Source of the DNA: an uncultured Bacteroidota bacterium
GTDB lineage: Bacteria > Bacteroidota > Bacteroidia > Chitinophagales > Chitinophagaceae
Assembly (NCBI GenBank): GCA_903831575.1
Contig: CAIKYB010000046.1
Span: forward strand, 16,986-80,985
Reading direction: 5' to 3'
DNA length: 64,000 bases
Part shown: positions 9,266 to 19,320 of the stretch, piece after piece
How the letters are laid out: the number at the start of each line of letters is the position of its first letter
Numbering within the stretch: the first letter of the stretch is position 1
Notes under the pieces: generated by a model
Told to the model about the DNA's origin: nothing
The model's input: only the letters and a program-made list of their open reading frames with translations
The model's database searches: none
Translations under genes and position numbers: made by a program

Positions 9266-10339
9266 ATGAATATGACAACTCCTAAATTTAAAAACATCAA
9301 AGGATCCACTTTTCACCAGGAATTAAAAAAGAGGGTTCAGGAATATTTCACAGAAAATAAAATTGACCAAACAGGCAATTTCTCTTTATATTTTAAAGCT
9401 ATTTTACTTTGGACTGTTTACATCGCTTTATACGTTCATTTAGTATTCTTCACGCCTGTATCATGGATTGCTGCTTTAGAATGTCTGATAATGGGAGGAT
9501 TAACAGCAGGAATCGGATTCAATGTGATGCACGATGGCGGACATGGCAGTTTTAGTAATAGTAAATTCTGGAATAAAATTGCAGCTTTCTCTGTAAATGG
9601 TTTAGGCGCAAGCATGTTGATGTGGAATAACAAACACAATATCATTCACCATACTTATACGAATATTGATGGCGTTGACGATGACATTGAAATCAAGCCA
9701 CTACTTAGAATGTGTCCAACACAAAAAAAATATACCGTACACCGCTTTCAACATTTTTACGTTTGGTTTTTGTACAGCTTCTTGTTAATCATTTGGGTAT
9801 TTCTTACCGATTATCAAAAATATTTCAGAAAGAAAATCGGCATTGTTCCAATTAAAAAATTAAGTGCATTTGATCATTTCGCTTTCTGGATTGCAAAAAT
9901 AGGATACTATTCGATGATGATTGTATTACCTATTTATCTAGTTGGATTTATGAATTGGATGATTGGATTTTTAATCCTGAGTATGTTTGCAGGATTCGTC
10001 TTGAGTATTGTTTTCCAATTGGCACATACAGTTGAAGAAACCGCATTCCCCGTTCCACTTGACAATAATAATATTGAAAATGAATGGGCTATTCATCAAA
10101 TTGAAACAACCGCAAATTTCGCCACCAAGAATAAATTAATTTCATGGTTGGTGGGGGGATTGAATTTCCAGATAGAGCATCATCTCTTCCCTAAAATTTC
10201 TCACATCCATTATCCCGAAATCAGTAAGATTATCAAAAATACATGCGAGGAATTTGATGTGAAATACATTGAGTATAAAAGAATGAGAGATGCTATTATT
10301 TCTCACACTTTACATTTAAAGAAAATGGGTGCTGCTTAA
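9266..10339 (+). CDS. Membrane-bound fatty acid (acyl-CoA) desaturase
   Basis: Three His boxes: HDGGH, HNIIHH, QIEHH. Confidence 0.92.
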   Translation: MNMTTPKFKNIKGSTFHQELKKRVQEYFTENKIDQTGNFSLYFKAILLWTVYIALYVHLVFFTPVSWIAALECLIMGGLTAGIGFNVMHDGGHGSFSNSKFWNKIAAFSVNGLGASMLMWNNKHNIIHHTYTNIDGVDDDIEIKPLLRMCPTQKKYTVHRFQHFYVWFLYSFLLIIWVFLTDYQKYFRKKIGIVPIKKLSAFDHFAFWIAKIGYYSMMIVLPIYLVGFMNWMIGFLILSMFAGFVLSIVFQLAHTVEETAFPVPLDNNNIENEWAIHQIETTANFATKNKLISWLVGGLNFQIEHHLFPKISHIHYPEISKIIKNTCEEFDVKYIEYKRMRDAIISHTLHLKKMGAA

Positions 10340-10590
10340 TTGACTGCAGTTGCTATTTAAAATGATGCTTAGTTTAACATGACATTGCGATTGATAAATA
10401 AGTCGCTTTTTAAAAAGAAAGTCTACTCCTATTGCTCTTTTTATCGCAATATCCGTCATTTCCTCCTGTCAGTATTACTCTTCTTTATCAAAAAAAAGAG
10501 ATGCATTTTATTTTAATAACCCAAGATTATTAAGCAGTCTTCGAACTATTCCTTCCACTGTGCTCTCATTTCATTTATAAAAATCATCAA

Positions 10591-11346
10591 TTGAAAAAAA
10601 TACACTTTTTTTTAGCCACTATAGTAACTCTTTTCAGCAATATTTCTTTTTGCCAAGACAGCACAGCACATCAAATACAAAAACAACCATCTAACCTTCG
10701 TTACCATACTGTTATTATTCCAGCAGCAATGATCATATATGGAGGAATCGCCGTAAAAAATAATGAATTAAAAAAGGTAAACCAAGACATTCAAATAGGC
10801 GTAACTCCAACTGATTTAACTCAACAGATTCATCTTGACAATTATCTTCAATTTGCTCCTGCAGTAATTGCATTGGGCTTAAATACATGTGGTGTAAGAG
10901 GCAAGCATAACCTGGCAGGAGCTGCAATGATTTACGCTATGTCCAATATCTTTTTAAATGTAGTAACCATTCCAACAAAACAAATTTCTCATGAGTTAAG
11001 ACCTAATGAATTATCTTATTCCTCCTTCCCTTCAGGTCATACCGCTGAAGCTTTTGCTTCTGCAGAATTTTTACGCATGGAGTATCAGGACAAATCAATT
11101 TGGTATGGAGTTCTCGGATATTCTATGGCGTGTATGACTGGATATTTGAGAATGTATAATAACAAACATTGGTTTAGTGATGTTGCTGCAGGCGCTGGAA
11201 TTGGCATACTGTCTACCAGATTAGCGGAATATATATATTCAAAACTAGAGCCAAAATTATTCGGAAAGAGAAACAAATCCAACACCTTATTTATGCCTTT
11301 TTACAAAGATAATAACGTTGGAATAGGCCTTACTCACCAGTTTTAA
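10591..11346 (+). CDS. PAP2 family phosphatase (TTG start)
   Basis: RP, SFPSGHT and RMYNNKHWFSD PAP2 motifs; signal peptide. Confidence 0.88.
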   Translation: MKKIHFFLATIVTLFSNISFCQDSTAHQIQKQPSNLRYHTVIIPAAMIIYGGIAVKNNELKKVNQDIQIGVTPTDLTQQIHLDNYLQFAPAVIALGLNTCGVRGKHNLAGAAMIYAMSNIFLNVVTIPTKQISHELRPNELSYSSFPSGHTAEAFASAEFLRMEYQDKSIWYGVLGYSMACMTGYLRMYNNKHWFSDVAAGAGIGILSTRLAEYIYSKLEPKLFGKRNKSNTLFMPFYKDNNVGIGLTHQF

Positions 11347-11412
11347 TTTCTATCTCTTACCCTCTAATCTGAAATAGTGCAACGAATAGCCGCTATTAAA
11401 ACCCGAATGTTG

Positions 11413-11420
11413 TAAATTTG
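11413..11420 (+). promoter_or_regulatory. -7 promoter element (TAAATTTG) for glnS
   Basis: Matches TAnnTTTG 17 nt before ATG. Confidence 0.6.
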
Positions 11421-11437
11421 ACCCCACAACTAATTAT

Positions 11438-13093
11438 ATGAGTGAAGAGAAAAGCTTAAACTTTCTGGAAGAAATCGTTGAGACAGATTTAAAGAATGGC
11501 AAATACAAATCCATCATTACCAGATTCCCTCCGGAGCCAAATGGCTATTTGCATATTGGACATGCTAAAAGTATTTGTTTGAATTTCGGTCTAGCCAAAG
11601 ACTATGGCGGACGCACCAATTTACGTTTTGATGATACCAATCCTGTAACTGAGGATACCGAATATGTAGAGAGTATTAAGGAAGATATCAACTGGCTAGG
11701 CTTTGATTGGTCAAATGAATTTTACGCCTCTGATTATTTTGATCAGCTTTTTATACATGCTGTAACCCTTATCAATAAAGGCCTGGCTTATGTAGATGAC
11801 AGCAGTGCTGAAGAAATAGCCAGACTTAAAGGAACGCCCACAGAAGTAGGTAAAGACAGCACTTATCGTTCTCGTTCTATTGCTGAAAATATCGTTTTGT
11901 TTAATGAAATGAAAGAAGGCAAATACAAAGATGGGGAGAAAGTTTTACGTGCTAAAATAGACATGTCACACACCAATATGCTGATGCGTGACCCCATCAT
12001 TTATCGCATCAAGCATGCACACCACCACCGTACAGGAGACAAATGGTGTATCTATCCTATGTACGATTTTGCTCACGGGCAAAGTGATAGCATTGAAAAT
12101 ATTACGCATTCTATTTGCACGTTGGAATTCATCCCACATCGTGAATTATACGATTGGCTAATTTATCAATTAGAGACATTCCCTTCCCATCAATATGAAT
12201 TTGCCAGATTAAATATGACCTATACGGTAATGAGTAAACGAAAACTTTTACAGTTAGTAAACGAAGAGCATGTATCAGGATGGGATGACCCAAGAATGCC
12301 TACCATCTGTGGTTTTAGAAGAAAAGGATACACTCCATTAAGTATCAGGAATTTCTGCGAAAAAATCGGAGTGGCTAAAAGAGAGAATTTAATAGACTTA
12401 AGTTTATTGGAATTTTGCGTTCGCGAAGATTTAAATGAAACTGCAAAAAGAGTGATGGTTGTATTAGATCCTATAAAATTAATCATTACCAATTACGAGG
12501 AGGGCAAAACAGAAGAACTACATAGCGAGAATGGCCCTGATGAAACCATGGGAAGCAGAGCCCTTCCATTTGGCCGCGAGTTATGGATTGAAAGAGAAGA
12601 TTTCATGGAGGAGCCTGCTAAAAAATGGTTCAGATTGGCTCCTGGTGCTGCAGTAAGATTAAAAAGTGCGTATATCGTTAAGTGTGAGTCTTTTGAAAAA
12701 GATGATTTTGGAAAAATAATTTCTATCCATTGTAGCTATTTCCCTGATAGCAAGAGTGGTAACGATACCAGCGGTATTGCTGTAAAAGGAACCATACATT
12801 GGGTAAGTGTTGCTCATGCTAAAACTGCAGAAGTCAGACTTTACGATCGATTATTTCAGGTAGAAAATCCCTCAGCCGAAGAAGGAGATTTTAAAGAATA
12901 TATTAACCCTAATTCATTAGAAATAATTTCTCAAGCCTTTATAGAGCCTTCTTTGGAAAAAGCAGCCAAAGATGATCGCTTCCAATTTATTAGAAAAGGA
13001 TATTTCTGCTTAGATAAAGATGCTACCGCAGATAAGCTTGTTTTCAACAGAACCGTTACTTTGAAAGATGCATGGGGTAAGATGAAGATTTAA
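11438..13093 (+). CDS. glnS: Glutamine--tRNA ligase
   Basis: [15 protein letters not shown] (HIGH) and VMSKR (KMSKS-like) motifs. Confidence 0.97.
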   Translation: MSEEKSLNFLEEIVETDLKNGKYKSIITRFPPEPNGYLHIGHAKSICLNFGLAKDYGGRTNLRFDDTNPVTEDTEYVESIKEDINWLGFDWSNEFYASDYFDQLFIHAVTLINKGLAYVDDSSAEEIARLKGTPTEVGKDSTYRSRSIAENIVLFNEMKEGKYKDGEKVLRAKIDMSHTNMLMRDPIIYRIKHAHHHRTGDKWCIYPMYDFAHGQSDSIENITHSICTLEFIPHRELYDWLIYQLETFPSHQYEFARLNMTYTVMSKRKLLQLVNEEHVSGWDDPRMPTICGFRRKGYTPLSIRNFCEKIGVAKRENLIDLSLLEFCVREDLNETAKRVMVVLDPIKLIITNYEEGKTEELHSENGPDETMGSRALPFGRELWIEREDFMEEPAKKWFRLAPGAAVRLKSAYIVKCESFEKDDFGKIISIHCSYFPDSKSGNDTSGIAVKGTIHWVSVAHAKTAEVRLYDRLFQVENPSAEEGDFKEYINPNSLEIISQAFIEPSLEKAAKDDRFQFIRKGYFCLDKDATADKLVFNRTVTLKDAWGKMKI

Positions 13094-13162
13094 TTGATTT
13101 GAGGTTGATTAGTTGATTGTCTGATGTCTTAGCGTAACTCCATTTTATCCTGTTCTCTGCGG
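13093..13162 (+). repeat. G/T-rich 8-mer tract plus CTTAGCG...TTCTCTGCGG module after glnS
   Basis: GGTTGATT AGTTGATT units; TTAGCGTAAC and TTCTCTGCGG also occur in the ychF-trhO spacer. Confidence 0.6.
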
Positions 13163-13227
13163 CTATACTTTTACTACTCTTATAGAAGAACGCTAGCTAG
13201 TTCAGTACGATCTATGCAAATCAATAC

Positions 13228-13614
13228 TCATTTTTTCAATTTCAAATCTGGGAATAGTGCATTTGCAAAAGAAAGTATGGAGAGCAGGAGTAAAAAATAA
13301 ATCCCTGCTTGTTTTTCAGGAGTGTAGGCATTGTAAGAGGATGTAAACAAATGATACGTTTTTAAAGCATAGGCAAGAATAATACCTGCAAAAAAAATAT
13401 GAACAAATTTCGCCCATACTTTATCTACAAATAACATCGTTATACAAACCAGTGAAAAAATAATAAAAAACTTTCCTGGCTTTCCATAAACATCTTTCTC
13501 AGAAAAAAAACCAGTGAAATATTTATTCACATCAGCATGGTATGTCCAAGGCAGAAAGCAAACAATAATCAATCCGACATATATTCCTAATCCAATCCAT
13601 TTACTGTATTTCAT
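13228..13614 (-). CDS. Hypothetical membrane protein (about 4 TM)
   Basis: 128 aa hydrophobic ORF filling the gap between glnS and tRNA-Cys. Confidence 0.7.
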   Translation of the reverse strand: MKYSKWIGLGIYVGLIIVCFLPWTYHADVNKYFTGFFSEKDVYGKPGKFFIIFSLVCITMLFVDKVWAKFVHIFFAGIILAYALKTYHLFTSSYNAYTPEKQAGIYFLLLLSILSFANALFPDLKLKK

Positions 13615-13713
13615 CTGTTAATATTTTTTTAGTTTGGCAACATCTTATAGTCCTTTACAAGTTGAAATGAGCCAAATCGTAGCGCTATTTCATAAACCAG
13701 AAGACCATTTATT

Positions 13714-13743
13714 AAAAAAGCCTGTCTGGTTATCCAAACAGGC
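13714..13743 (-). terminator. Intrinsic terminator after tRNA-Cys
   Basis: Minus strand GCCTGTTTGG-ATAA-CCAGACAGGC followed by T6. Confidence 0.8.
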
Positions 13744-13754
13744 CTATATTTTAG

Positions 13755-13826
13755 AGGTCCCTAGCGGATTCGAACCGCTGTGGAAGCTTTTGCAGAGCTT
13801 TGCCTAAGCCACTCGGCCAAAGGACC
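13755..13826 (-). tRNA. tRNA-Cys (anticodon GCA), CCA not encoded
   Basis: Minus strand GGTCCTT acceptor, AAGCT-CTGCAAA-AGCTT anticodon arm, AGCGG-TTCGAAT-CCGCT T arm, U73 discriminator. Confidence 0.97.
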
Positions 13827-13935
13827 TTTTTTTACAACATTCTATAAATGTTATAATTATTGTCACAAAATAAGGTATTTTTATTGATAATATAAAATCC
13901 AAATTTTCATTTTATTCATCTAAAAAAAATAATAA

Positions 13936-14814
13936 ATGAGAACGATTGAAGCTTCTGAACTAATTATCAATAATCGCGGAGCTGTTTACCATGTAAATTG
14001 TCGCCCAGAAGAAATTGCAGATACCATAATTACAGTAGGCGATCCCGACAGAGTAAAGGAAGTGAGCAAATATTTTGATCGAATAGAATTCAAAAATCAT
14101 CATCGTGAATTCAATACCCATACAGGCTATATTGGCAAAAAAAGAATCTCTGTAACGAGTACAGGAATTGGGCCAGACAATATTGATATTGTAATCAATG
14201 AACTTGATGCATTGGTAAATATCGATCTTGAATCTAGAACTGTCAAGGAAAATATCACGTCGTTGAACATCATTAGAGTTGGAACTTGTGGATCTTTACA
14301 AAAAGAAATTCCTGTAGATAGTTTTGTGGCAAGCACCCACGGCTTAGGTTTAGATAACCTAATGCATTTTTACAGTACTCAACCCACACATGAAGATTCG
14401 CAGCTTCTTCATGCTTTCAATAACCATACACAATTAAATGAAGCCTCTATTGTTCCATACGTAAATGGAGCGAGTTCAAAATTACTCAAAGAATTTGTAG
14501 AAGACTTTCATCATGGCATCACCGTTACTTGCCCGGGCTTCTATGGACCACAGGGACGTGTATTGAGAATGGGGCTTGCTCAGCCAAACCTTATTGACCA
14601 ACTAACTAGTTTTAGTTTTGGACAACACCGAATCAGCAACTTCGAAATGGAGACCTCTGCAATTTATGGGATGGGGAAAATACTTGGCCACCATTGTTTA
14701 TCACTTAGTGCAATCGTTGCAAATAGAATTACAAAAGAATTCAGTTCGGATGGAAATGCAGCGGTAGAGAAATTAATATTAATCACTTTAGAAAATATAG
14801 CGGCTTCATTATAA
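13936..14814 (+). CDS. Nucleoside phosphorylase (uridine phosphorylase-like)
   Basis: VGDPDRV, STGIGPDNIDIV, RVGTCG, FYGPQGR, NFEMETS motifs. Confidence 0.9.
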   Translation: MRTIEASELIINNRGAVYHVNCRPEEIADTIITVGDPDRVKEVSKYFDRIEFKNHHREFNTHTGYIGKKRISVTSTGIGPDNIDIVINELDALVNIDLESRTVKENITSLNIIRVGTCGSLQKEIPVDSFVASTHGLGLDNLMHFYSTQPTHEDSQLLHAFNNHTQLNEASIVPYVNGASSKLLKEFVEDFHHGITVTCPGFYGPQGRVLRMGLAQPNLIDQLTSFSFGQHRISNFEMETSAIYGMGKILGHHCLSLSAIVANRITKEFSSDGNAAVEKLILITLENIAASL

Positions 14815-14903
14815 TAAATTGCTAATATAAATATCAAAAAACCAATCAGGAATAAAGATTCAGGAAGGTAGAGCTGAAAAAAGGTAACAATAATTATTAA
14901 GAC

Positions 14904-15692
14904 ATGACCCTATTTTTTTACAAATATCAAGGCACTGGAAACGACTTTATCATCATAGACAACAGAGACAATAAATTTGACAACATCAACTCCAAACAGA
15001 TTCAAAAATTTTGCGACAGAAAGTTTGGCATAGGCGCGGATGGGCTGATGTTGATGAACAAAAAAGAGGGTTATGATTTTGAAATGAAATATTTCAATGC
15101 CGACGGCCATGCAAGCTCGATGTGCGGAAATGGTGGCCGATGTATGATTAAATTTGCATTTCACATGGGGATTCATAAATACACTTATCATTTTATTGCA
15201 GTTGATGGAGAGCATGAAGCAGAAATTGACAACCAGAATTTGATACGACTGAAAATGAATGATGTAAAAAATATTGAATTGAATAATGGTTATGCGATTT
15301 TGAATACAGGATCTCCGCATTTTGTTAAACATGTTACGGACATCATGAAAGTAGACGTTGTTGAAACCGGAAGAGAAATCAGAGAAAGTGACTCTTTTGC
15401 AAAAGAAGGCATCAATGTAAATTTCGTTGAGTCGGTTGATAATGACACCATCTTTGTAAGAACCTACGAGCGTGGTGTAGAAGATGAAACGCTTAGTTGT
15501 GGTACAGGTGTAACTGCCTCAGCACTAATAGCGGCACATAATGAAAAAGGATTCAATCGTGTTGAGGTTAAAACACTTGGTGGAAACTTAAGCGTAGAGT
15601 ACAATAAAATTAGTGACACAGCATTTGATAACATTTGGTTATGTGGTCCTGCAGAGCTAGTCTTTAAAGGAGAAGTCGAGTTGATTGACTAG
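14904..15692 (+). CDS. dapF: Diaminopimelate epimerase
   Basis: KYQGTGNDF, MCGNGGRC, ERGVEDETLSCGTG. Confidence 0.97.
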   Translation: MTLFFYKYQGTGNDFIIIDNRDNKFDNINSKQIQKFCDRKFGIGADGLMLMNKKEGYDFEMKYFNADGHASSMCGNGGRCMIKFAFHMGIHKYTYHFIAVDGEHEAEIDNQNLIRLKMNDVKNIELNNGYAILNTGSPHFVKHVTDIMKVDVVETGREIRESDSFAKEGINVNFVESVDNDTIFVRTYERGVEDETLSCGTGVTASALIAAHNEKGFNRVEVKTLGGNLSVEYNKISDTAFDNIWLCGPAELVFKGEVELID

Positions 15693-15754
15693 TTGATTTG
15701 ATGATTGGTTAGTTGATTTAACCAAAAATTTAAAACCTTAAAACCATTTAAAAC

Positions 15755-16693
15755 TTGATTCAATATTTCAAAATAGTAGACCAGCAAACTATTGCCATAG
15801 ACAAACCAATTGTGGGCTCATGGGTAAATATATTGCCTCCACTAAAACAGGAAGAATTTTCGGAATTGAGCAGTATACTTAATATTCCCATTGATTTCCT
15901 GAAAGACTCTCTGGATATAGATGAAAGAAGTAGATACGAAACTGAAAATGATGTAAAATTAATTGTAATCAAAACACCAACAGAAAACAATTCGTTTAAT
16001 GAAAGTGATGCGTTTTATATAACAATTCCTATTTGTATTATCTTAACAGATGGTCAAATTGTAACAGTAAACTCCTTTGAAAATGAAGCCATAAAAAAAT
16101 TCCTAAATAGCTTTCAAAATCGTCACCCTGATAAAAAAAATATGATGGTGCTGAAGATATTTGAAAAAATAACTACCAATTTTCAGGAATATCTAAAAGA
16201 AATCAATCACAGAAGAAATGCATTGGAACAGAAACTATATGATGCTAACAGAAATGAAGAACTACTTCAATTGATGCGAATTCAAAAAAGTCTAGTTTAT
16301 TTTGTTACCGCACTTAGAAGCAATGAACTTTTGATGATGAAAATGGCTCGGACTAATTTTTTAAATTTAAATGAAGAGGAAAAAGATTTCCTGGATGATT
16401 TAGTTATTGAAACGTCTCAAGCACTTGAAACTGCAAATACTTACACGAATATCTTAAGCAGTACATTGGATGCCTTCGCTAGCATTATTAGCAATAATCA
16501 GAATGAAGTATTAAAAAGGTTAACGACACTTACTATATTTTTAAGCATCCCAGTTTTAATTGCCAGCATTTATGGTATGAATGTTCCGCTCCCCTTTCAG
16601 CATTCTCCATATGCATTTTGGATTCCTGTTTTAATTTGTTTTTTAATCCTTGGATTTGCATTGTATAATTATTTGAGAAGAATAAAAAAATAA
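15755..16693 (+). CDS. CorA family Mg2+/divalent cation transporter (TTG start)
   Basis: C-terminal IYGMN signature with two TM helices. Confidence 0.92.
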   Translation: MIQYFKIVDQQTIAIDKPIVGSWVNILPPLKQEEFSELSSILNIPIDFLKDSLDIDERSRYETENDVKLIVIKTPTENNSFNESDAFYITIPICIILTDGQIVTVNSFENEAIKKFLNSFQNRHPDKKNMMVLKIFEKITTNFQEYLKEINHRRNALEQKLYDANRNEELLQLMRIQKSLVYFVTALRSNELLMMKMARTNFLNLNEEEKDFLDDLVIETSQALETANTYTNILSSTLDAFASIISNNQNEVLKRLTTLTIFLSIPVLIASIYGMNVPLPFQHSPYAFWIPVLICFLILGFALYNYLRRIKK

Positions 16694-17178
16694 TGATGTT
16701 TAATATCAGAGTATATGGATTGCTCCTCAATATAAACAACGAGGTATTAGTGAGTGATGAACTTGTCAAGGGAAAGTATTTTACAAAGTTTTGTGGAGGC
16801 GGATTAGAGCATGGCGAAGGTACTATCGATTGTTTAAAGCGAGAATTCATGGAAGAAATGAATCTAGAAGTGGATATTATTGAGCATTTGTATACTACAG
16901 ATATTTACCAGAAGAGTGCCTTTAATCCTGAACATCAATTGATCTCCATTTATTACGAAGTAAAAGCTTTACATGAAATAAGCATTCCTATCAAACAAAA
17001 TCCATTTGATTTTAGTGATGAACAACTACGAACGCATGAGTTAAGCGGACAAACAGAGTCATTTAGATTTATAAAATGGGAAGAATTTTCAGCAGAGTCA
17101 CTCACTTTTCCCATTGATAAAATTGCTGCAACAGCATTTAAAAGAAAAAAACTATCAGCCATAAGCCGGATTCTGTAA
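16693..17178 (+). CDS. NUDIX hydrolase
   Basis: GGGLEHGEGTIDCLKREFMEE Nudix box. Confidence 0.9.
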   Translation: MMFNIRVYGLLLNINNEVLVSDELVKGKYFTKFCGGGLEHGEGTIDCLKREFMEEMNLEVDIIEHLYTTDIYQKSAFNPEHQLISIYYEVKALHEISIPIKQNPFDFSDEQLRTHELSGQTESFRFIKWEEFSAESLTFPIDKIAATAFKRKKLSAISRIL

Positions 17179-17530
17179 CCATTATGTTTCCATAACAGCG
17201 GCCATCATTTATCTGGCTGTACTATTACTAGCACAATCTTGCTGCCTACCCTTCAATGCATCAGATAAATCTGATTCGGACGAGCCGCCCTCAAACATTG
17301 ATTTACGTGGCATTACAGCACACAAGGTTTACCCATAATGATTATTACTAACCATTCCCGTGAGCTCTTACCTCACATTTTCACCCTCACCACGATTTCT
17401 CGAGGCAGTTATTTTCTGTGGCACTTTCTCTTTCTCTGACTACTCAAAGAAGCCGGAAATTAACCGGTGTGTCGCCCTTTGCTGTCCGGACTTTCCTCTT
17501 CAATTGAATGAAGCGATAGCCGGCTGATAG
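17152..17530 (-). ncRNA. rnpB: RNase P RNA (bacterial type A)
   Basis: Minus strand GAGGAAAGTCC near the 5' end and AGAATCCGGCTTAT near the 3' end (P4); P1 CTATCAGCC/GGCTGATAG; TAATTTTG promoter at 17535-17542. Confidence 0.96.
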
Positions 17531-17624
17531 GCTGCAAAATTAATCTTATTTATTGGGTTTTAATAACTCGGTTAAAAATATGAGTATGAATGATTATTTT
17601 TAAACTCATAAAAGTAGCTTACTA

Positions 17625-18758
17625 ATGGTTAGCAAATTGTTCAAAGACTTCTTCAACAGCGAAAAAACAGGTGGATTCATACTGATATTTTGCACAGCTT
17701 TATCATTGCTACTTTCCAACAGCAGTTTTGGAATCGGATATATCAACTTTTGGGAAACCCCATTTCAGGGGCACTCATTAACCCATTGGATCAACGATGG
17801 ATTGATGGCAATCTTTTTTTTGTTGATAGGCTTAGAACTGGAGCGTGAAGTTTATGTGGGAGAATTGTCGAATTTCAAAAATGCATTGTTCCCGGTTTTA
17901 AGTGCTTTTGGTGGAGTAATTGTTCCCGCCTGTATATTTTTATTTTTTAATTACAATACACCGGAACAATCAGGAGCAGGAATTCCCATGGCAACGGATA
18001 TTGCTTTTGCAATTGGCATGCTGGCGCTTTTAGGAAAAAGAGTTCCGCCTTCATTAAAAATATTTTTAACCGCATTGGCTGTGATTGATGATTTATGTGC
18101 TATTATCATTATCGCATTGTTTTATACCAGCAGCATTTCATTTATGTATCTGAGTTTATCGCTCGGCATTTTTGTGATATTGCTAATATTAAATAAACTG
18201 AAAGTAAATGTGCTAACTCCTTATATTATTGGAGGAATTTTGATGTGGTATTTCATGTTGCATTCAGGAGTGCACGCTACCCTTTCGGGCGTGCTTCTGG
18301 CGTTTGCTATACCTTTTCAAAAAGGAGAAGAAAATTCGATTTCATACCAACTGCAACATCATCTTCACAAACCAGTTGCTTTTATAATCGTTCCTTTATT
18401 TGCTTTAGCCAACACCTGTATTTTATTTAGTAACAACTGGCAACACAGCTTGCTCTCTCGTGAAGCGATTGGAATTATTATCGGATTAGTTATTGGTAAA
18501 CCTTTGGGTATTTTACTTTTCAGTGGCATTGCTGTACTATTGGGCTTTTGTGTATTACCTCATCCACTCAAATGGAAACATATTTTCGGAGCGGGGTTAT
18601 TAGCCGGTATAGGTTTTACGATGAGTATTTTCATTACGATGCTTGCTTACAATCAGGCTGATCAAATCAACATCGGAAAAATGGCGATACTGACTGCCTC
18701 TGCCATTGCGGCGATTTTAGGATTGGGTGTATTGAGATTTATTCTTAAAAGGAATTGA
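17625..18758 (+). CDS. nhaA: Na+/H+ antiporter NhaA
   Basis: WINDGLMAIFF, IPMATDIAFA, LAVIDDL, GIGFTMSIFI motifs. Confidence 0.96.
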   Translation: MVSKLFKDFFNSEKTGGFILIFCTALSLLLSNSSFGIGYINFWETPFQGHSLTHWINDGLMAIFFLLIGLELEREVYVGELSNFKNALFPVLSAFGGVIVPACIFLFFNYNTPEQSGAGIPMATDIAFAIGMLALLGKRVPPSLKIFLTALAVIDDLCAIIIIALFYTSSISFMYLSLSLGIFVILLILNKLKVNVLTPYIIGGILMWYFMLHSGVHATLSGVLLAFAIPFQKGEENSISYQLQHHLHKPVAFIIVPLFALANTCILFSNNWQHSLLSREAIGIIIGLVIGKPLGILLFSGIAVLLGFCVLPHPLKWKHIFGAGLLAGIGFTMSIFITMLAYNQADQINIGKMAILTASAIAAILGLGVLRFILKRN

Positions 18759-18787
18759 TTAAAATAAAACACTCTTTATTATTCATA

Positions 18788-19036
18788 CTAAAAAGAATAC
18801 AAACTTTTGAAATATTTAAACCTTGCTCCGGGTATTAATAATTTCCAGAAGTCCTTTTTTTCAATGGCATTTCTACTTAAAAGTCTGTAATAATCTGTTA
18901 TCATTCTGTAAATAAAAGCATATGCGAATATGGAGATTACAAACCATGTTGCATCTATGCTGTCTGATTGTAAAAGATTGTATAAAATAATCAGTGGTAT
19001 AAAAATGGTCAGATAATAAACGAATGAATTTTTCAT
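18788..19036 (-). CDS. Small hypothetical membrane protein
   Basis: 82 aa, two TM segments, A-rich upstream region. Confidence 0.6.
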   Translation of the reverse strand: MKNSFVYYLTIFIPLIILYNLLQSDSIDATWFVISIFAYAFIYRMITDYYRLLSRNAIEKKDFWKLLIPGARFKYFKSLYSF

Positions 19037-19077
19037 TTTTTTGATTTTAAGTTTCTCTAATGTATATCGATTTGTGT

Positions 19078-19290
19078 TTATTTCTGAATTTTATCTATTT
19101 TAAAAAACATGTTCAGCAAGCCCAAGATAGCTCCTGTAATAACTGCAGTTGCCAAAGACTTTAATATCATACGGATCATTGCATCTTTGTTTGAAAAATC
19201 CGCATCAAATAATCTGTATACTACTATCCCTGCAAAAAGACCTGCCGACACAGACAAAAAAGTAATTTTAAAGTAATGGAATCTTTTCAT
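19078..19290 (-). CDS. Small hypothetical membrane protein
   Basis: 70 aa, two TM segments. Confidence 0.55.
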   Translation of the reverse strand: MKRFHYFKITFLSVSAGLFAGIVVYRLFDADFSNKDAMIRMILKSLATAVITGAILGLLNMFFKIDKIQK

Positions 19291-19320
19291 GACAGTAATT
19301 TTTCCCTAGGACAAAGTGTA

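Noticed and set aside
8617-9730. A7-A8 homopolymers in coding regions as phase-variation switches
   Set aside because: Such runs are frequent throughout this AT-rich sequence, and all affected frames are intact.
10380-10460. Imperfect inverted repeat between the desaturase and PAP2 genes as a possible riboswitch
   Set aside because: No conserved riboswitch motif recognised, and the pairing is weak and AT-rich.
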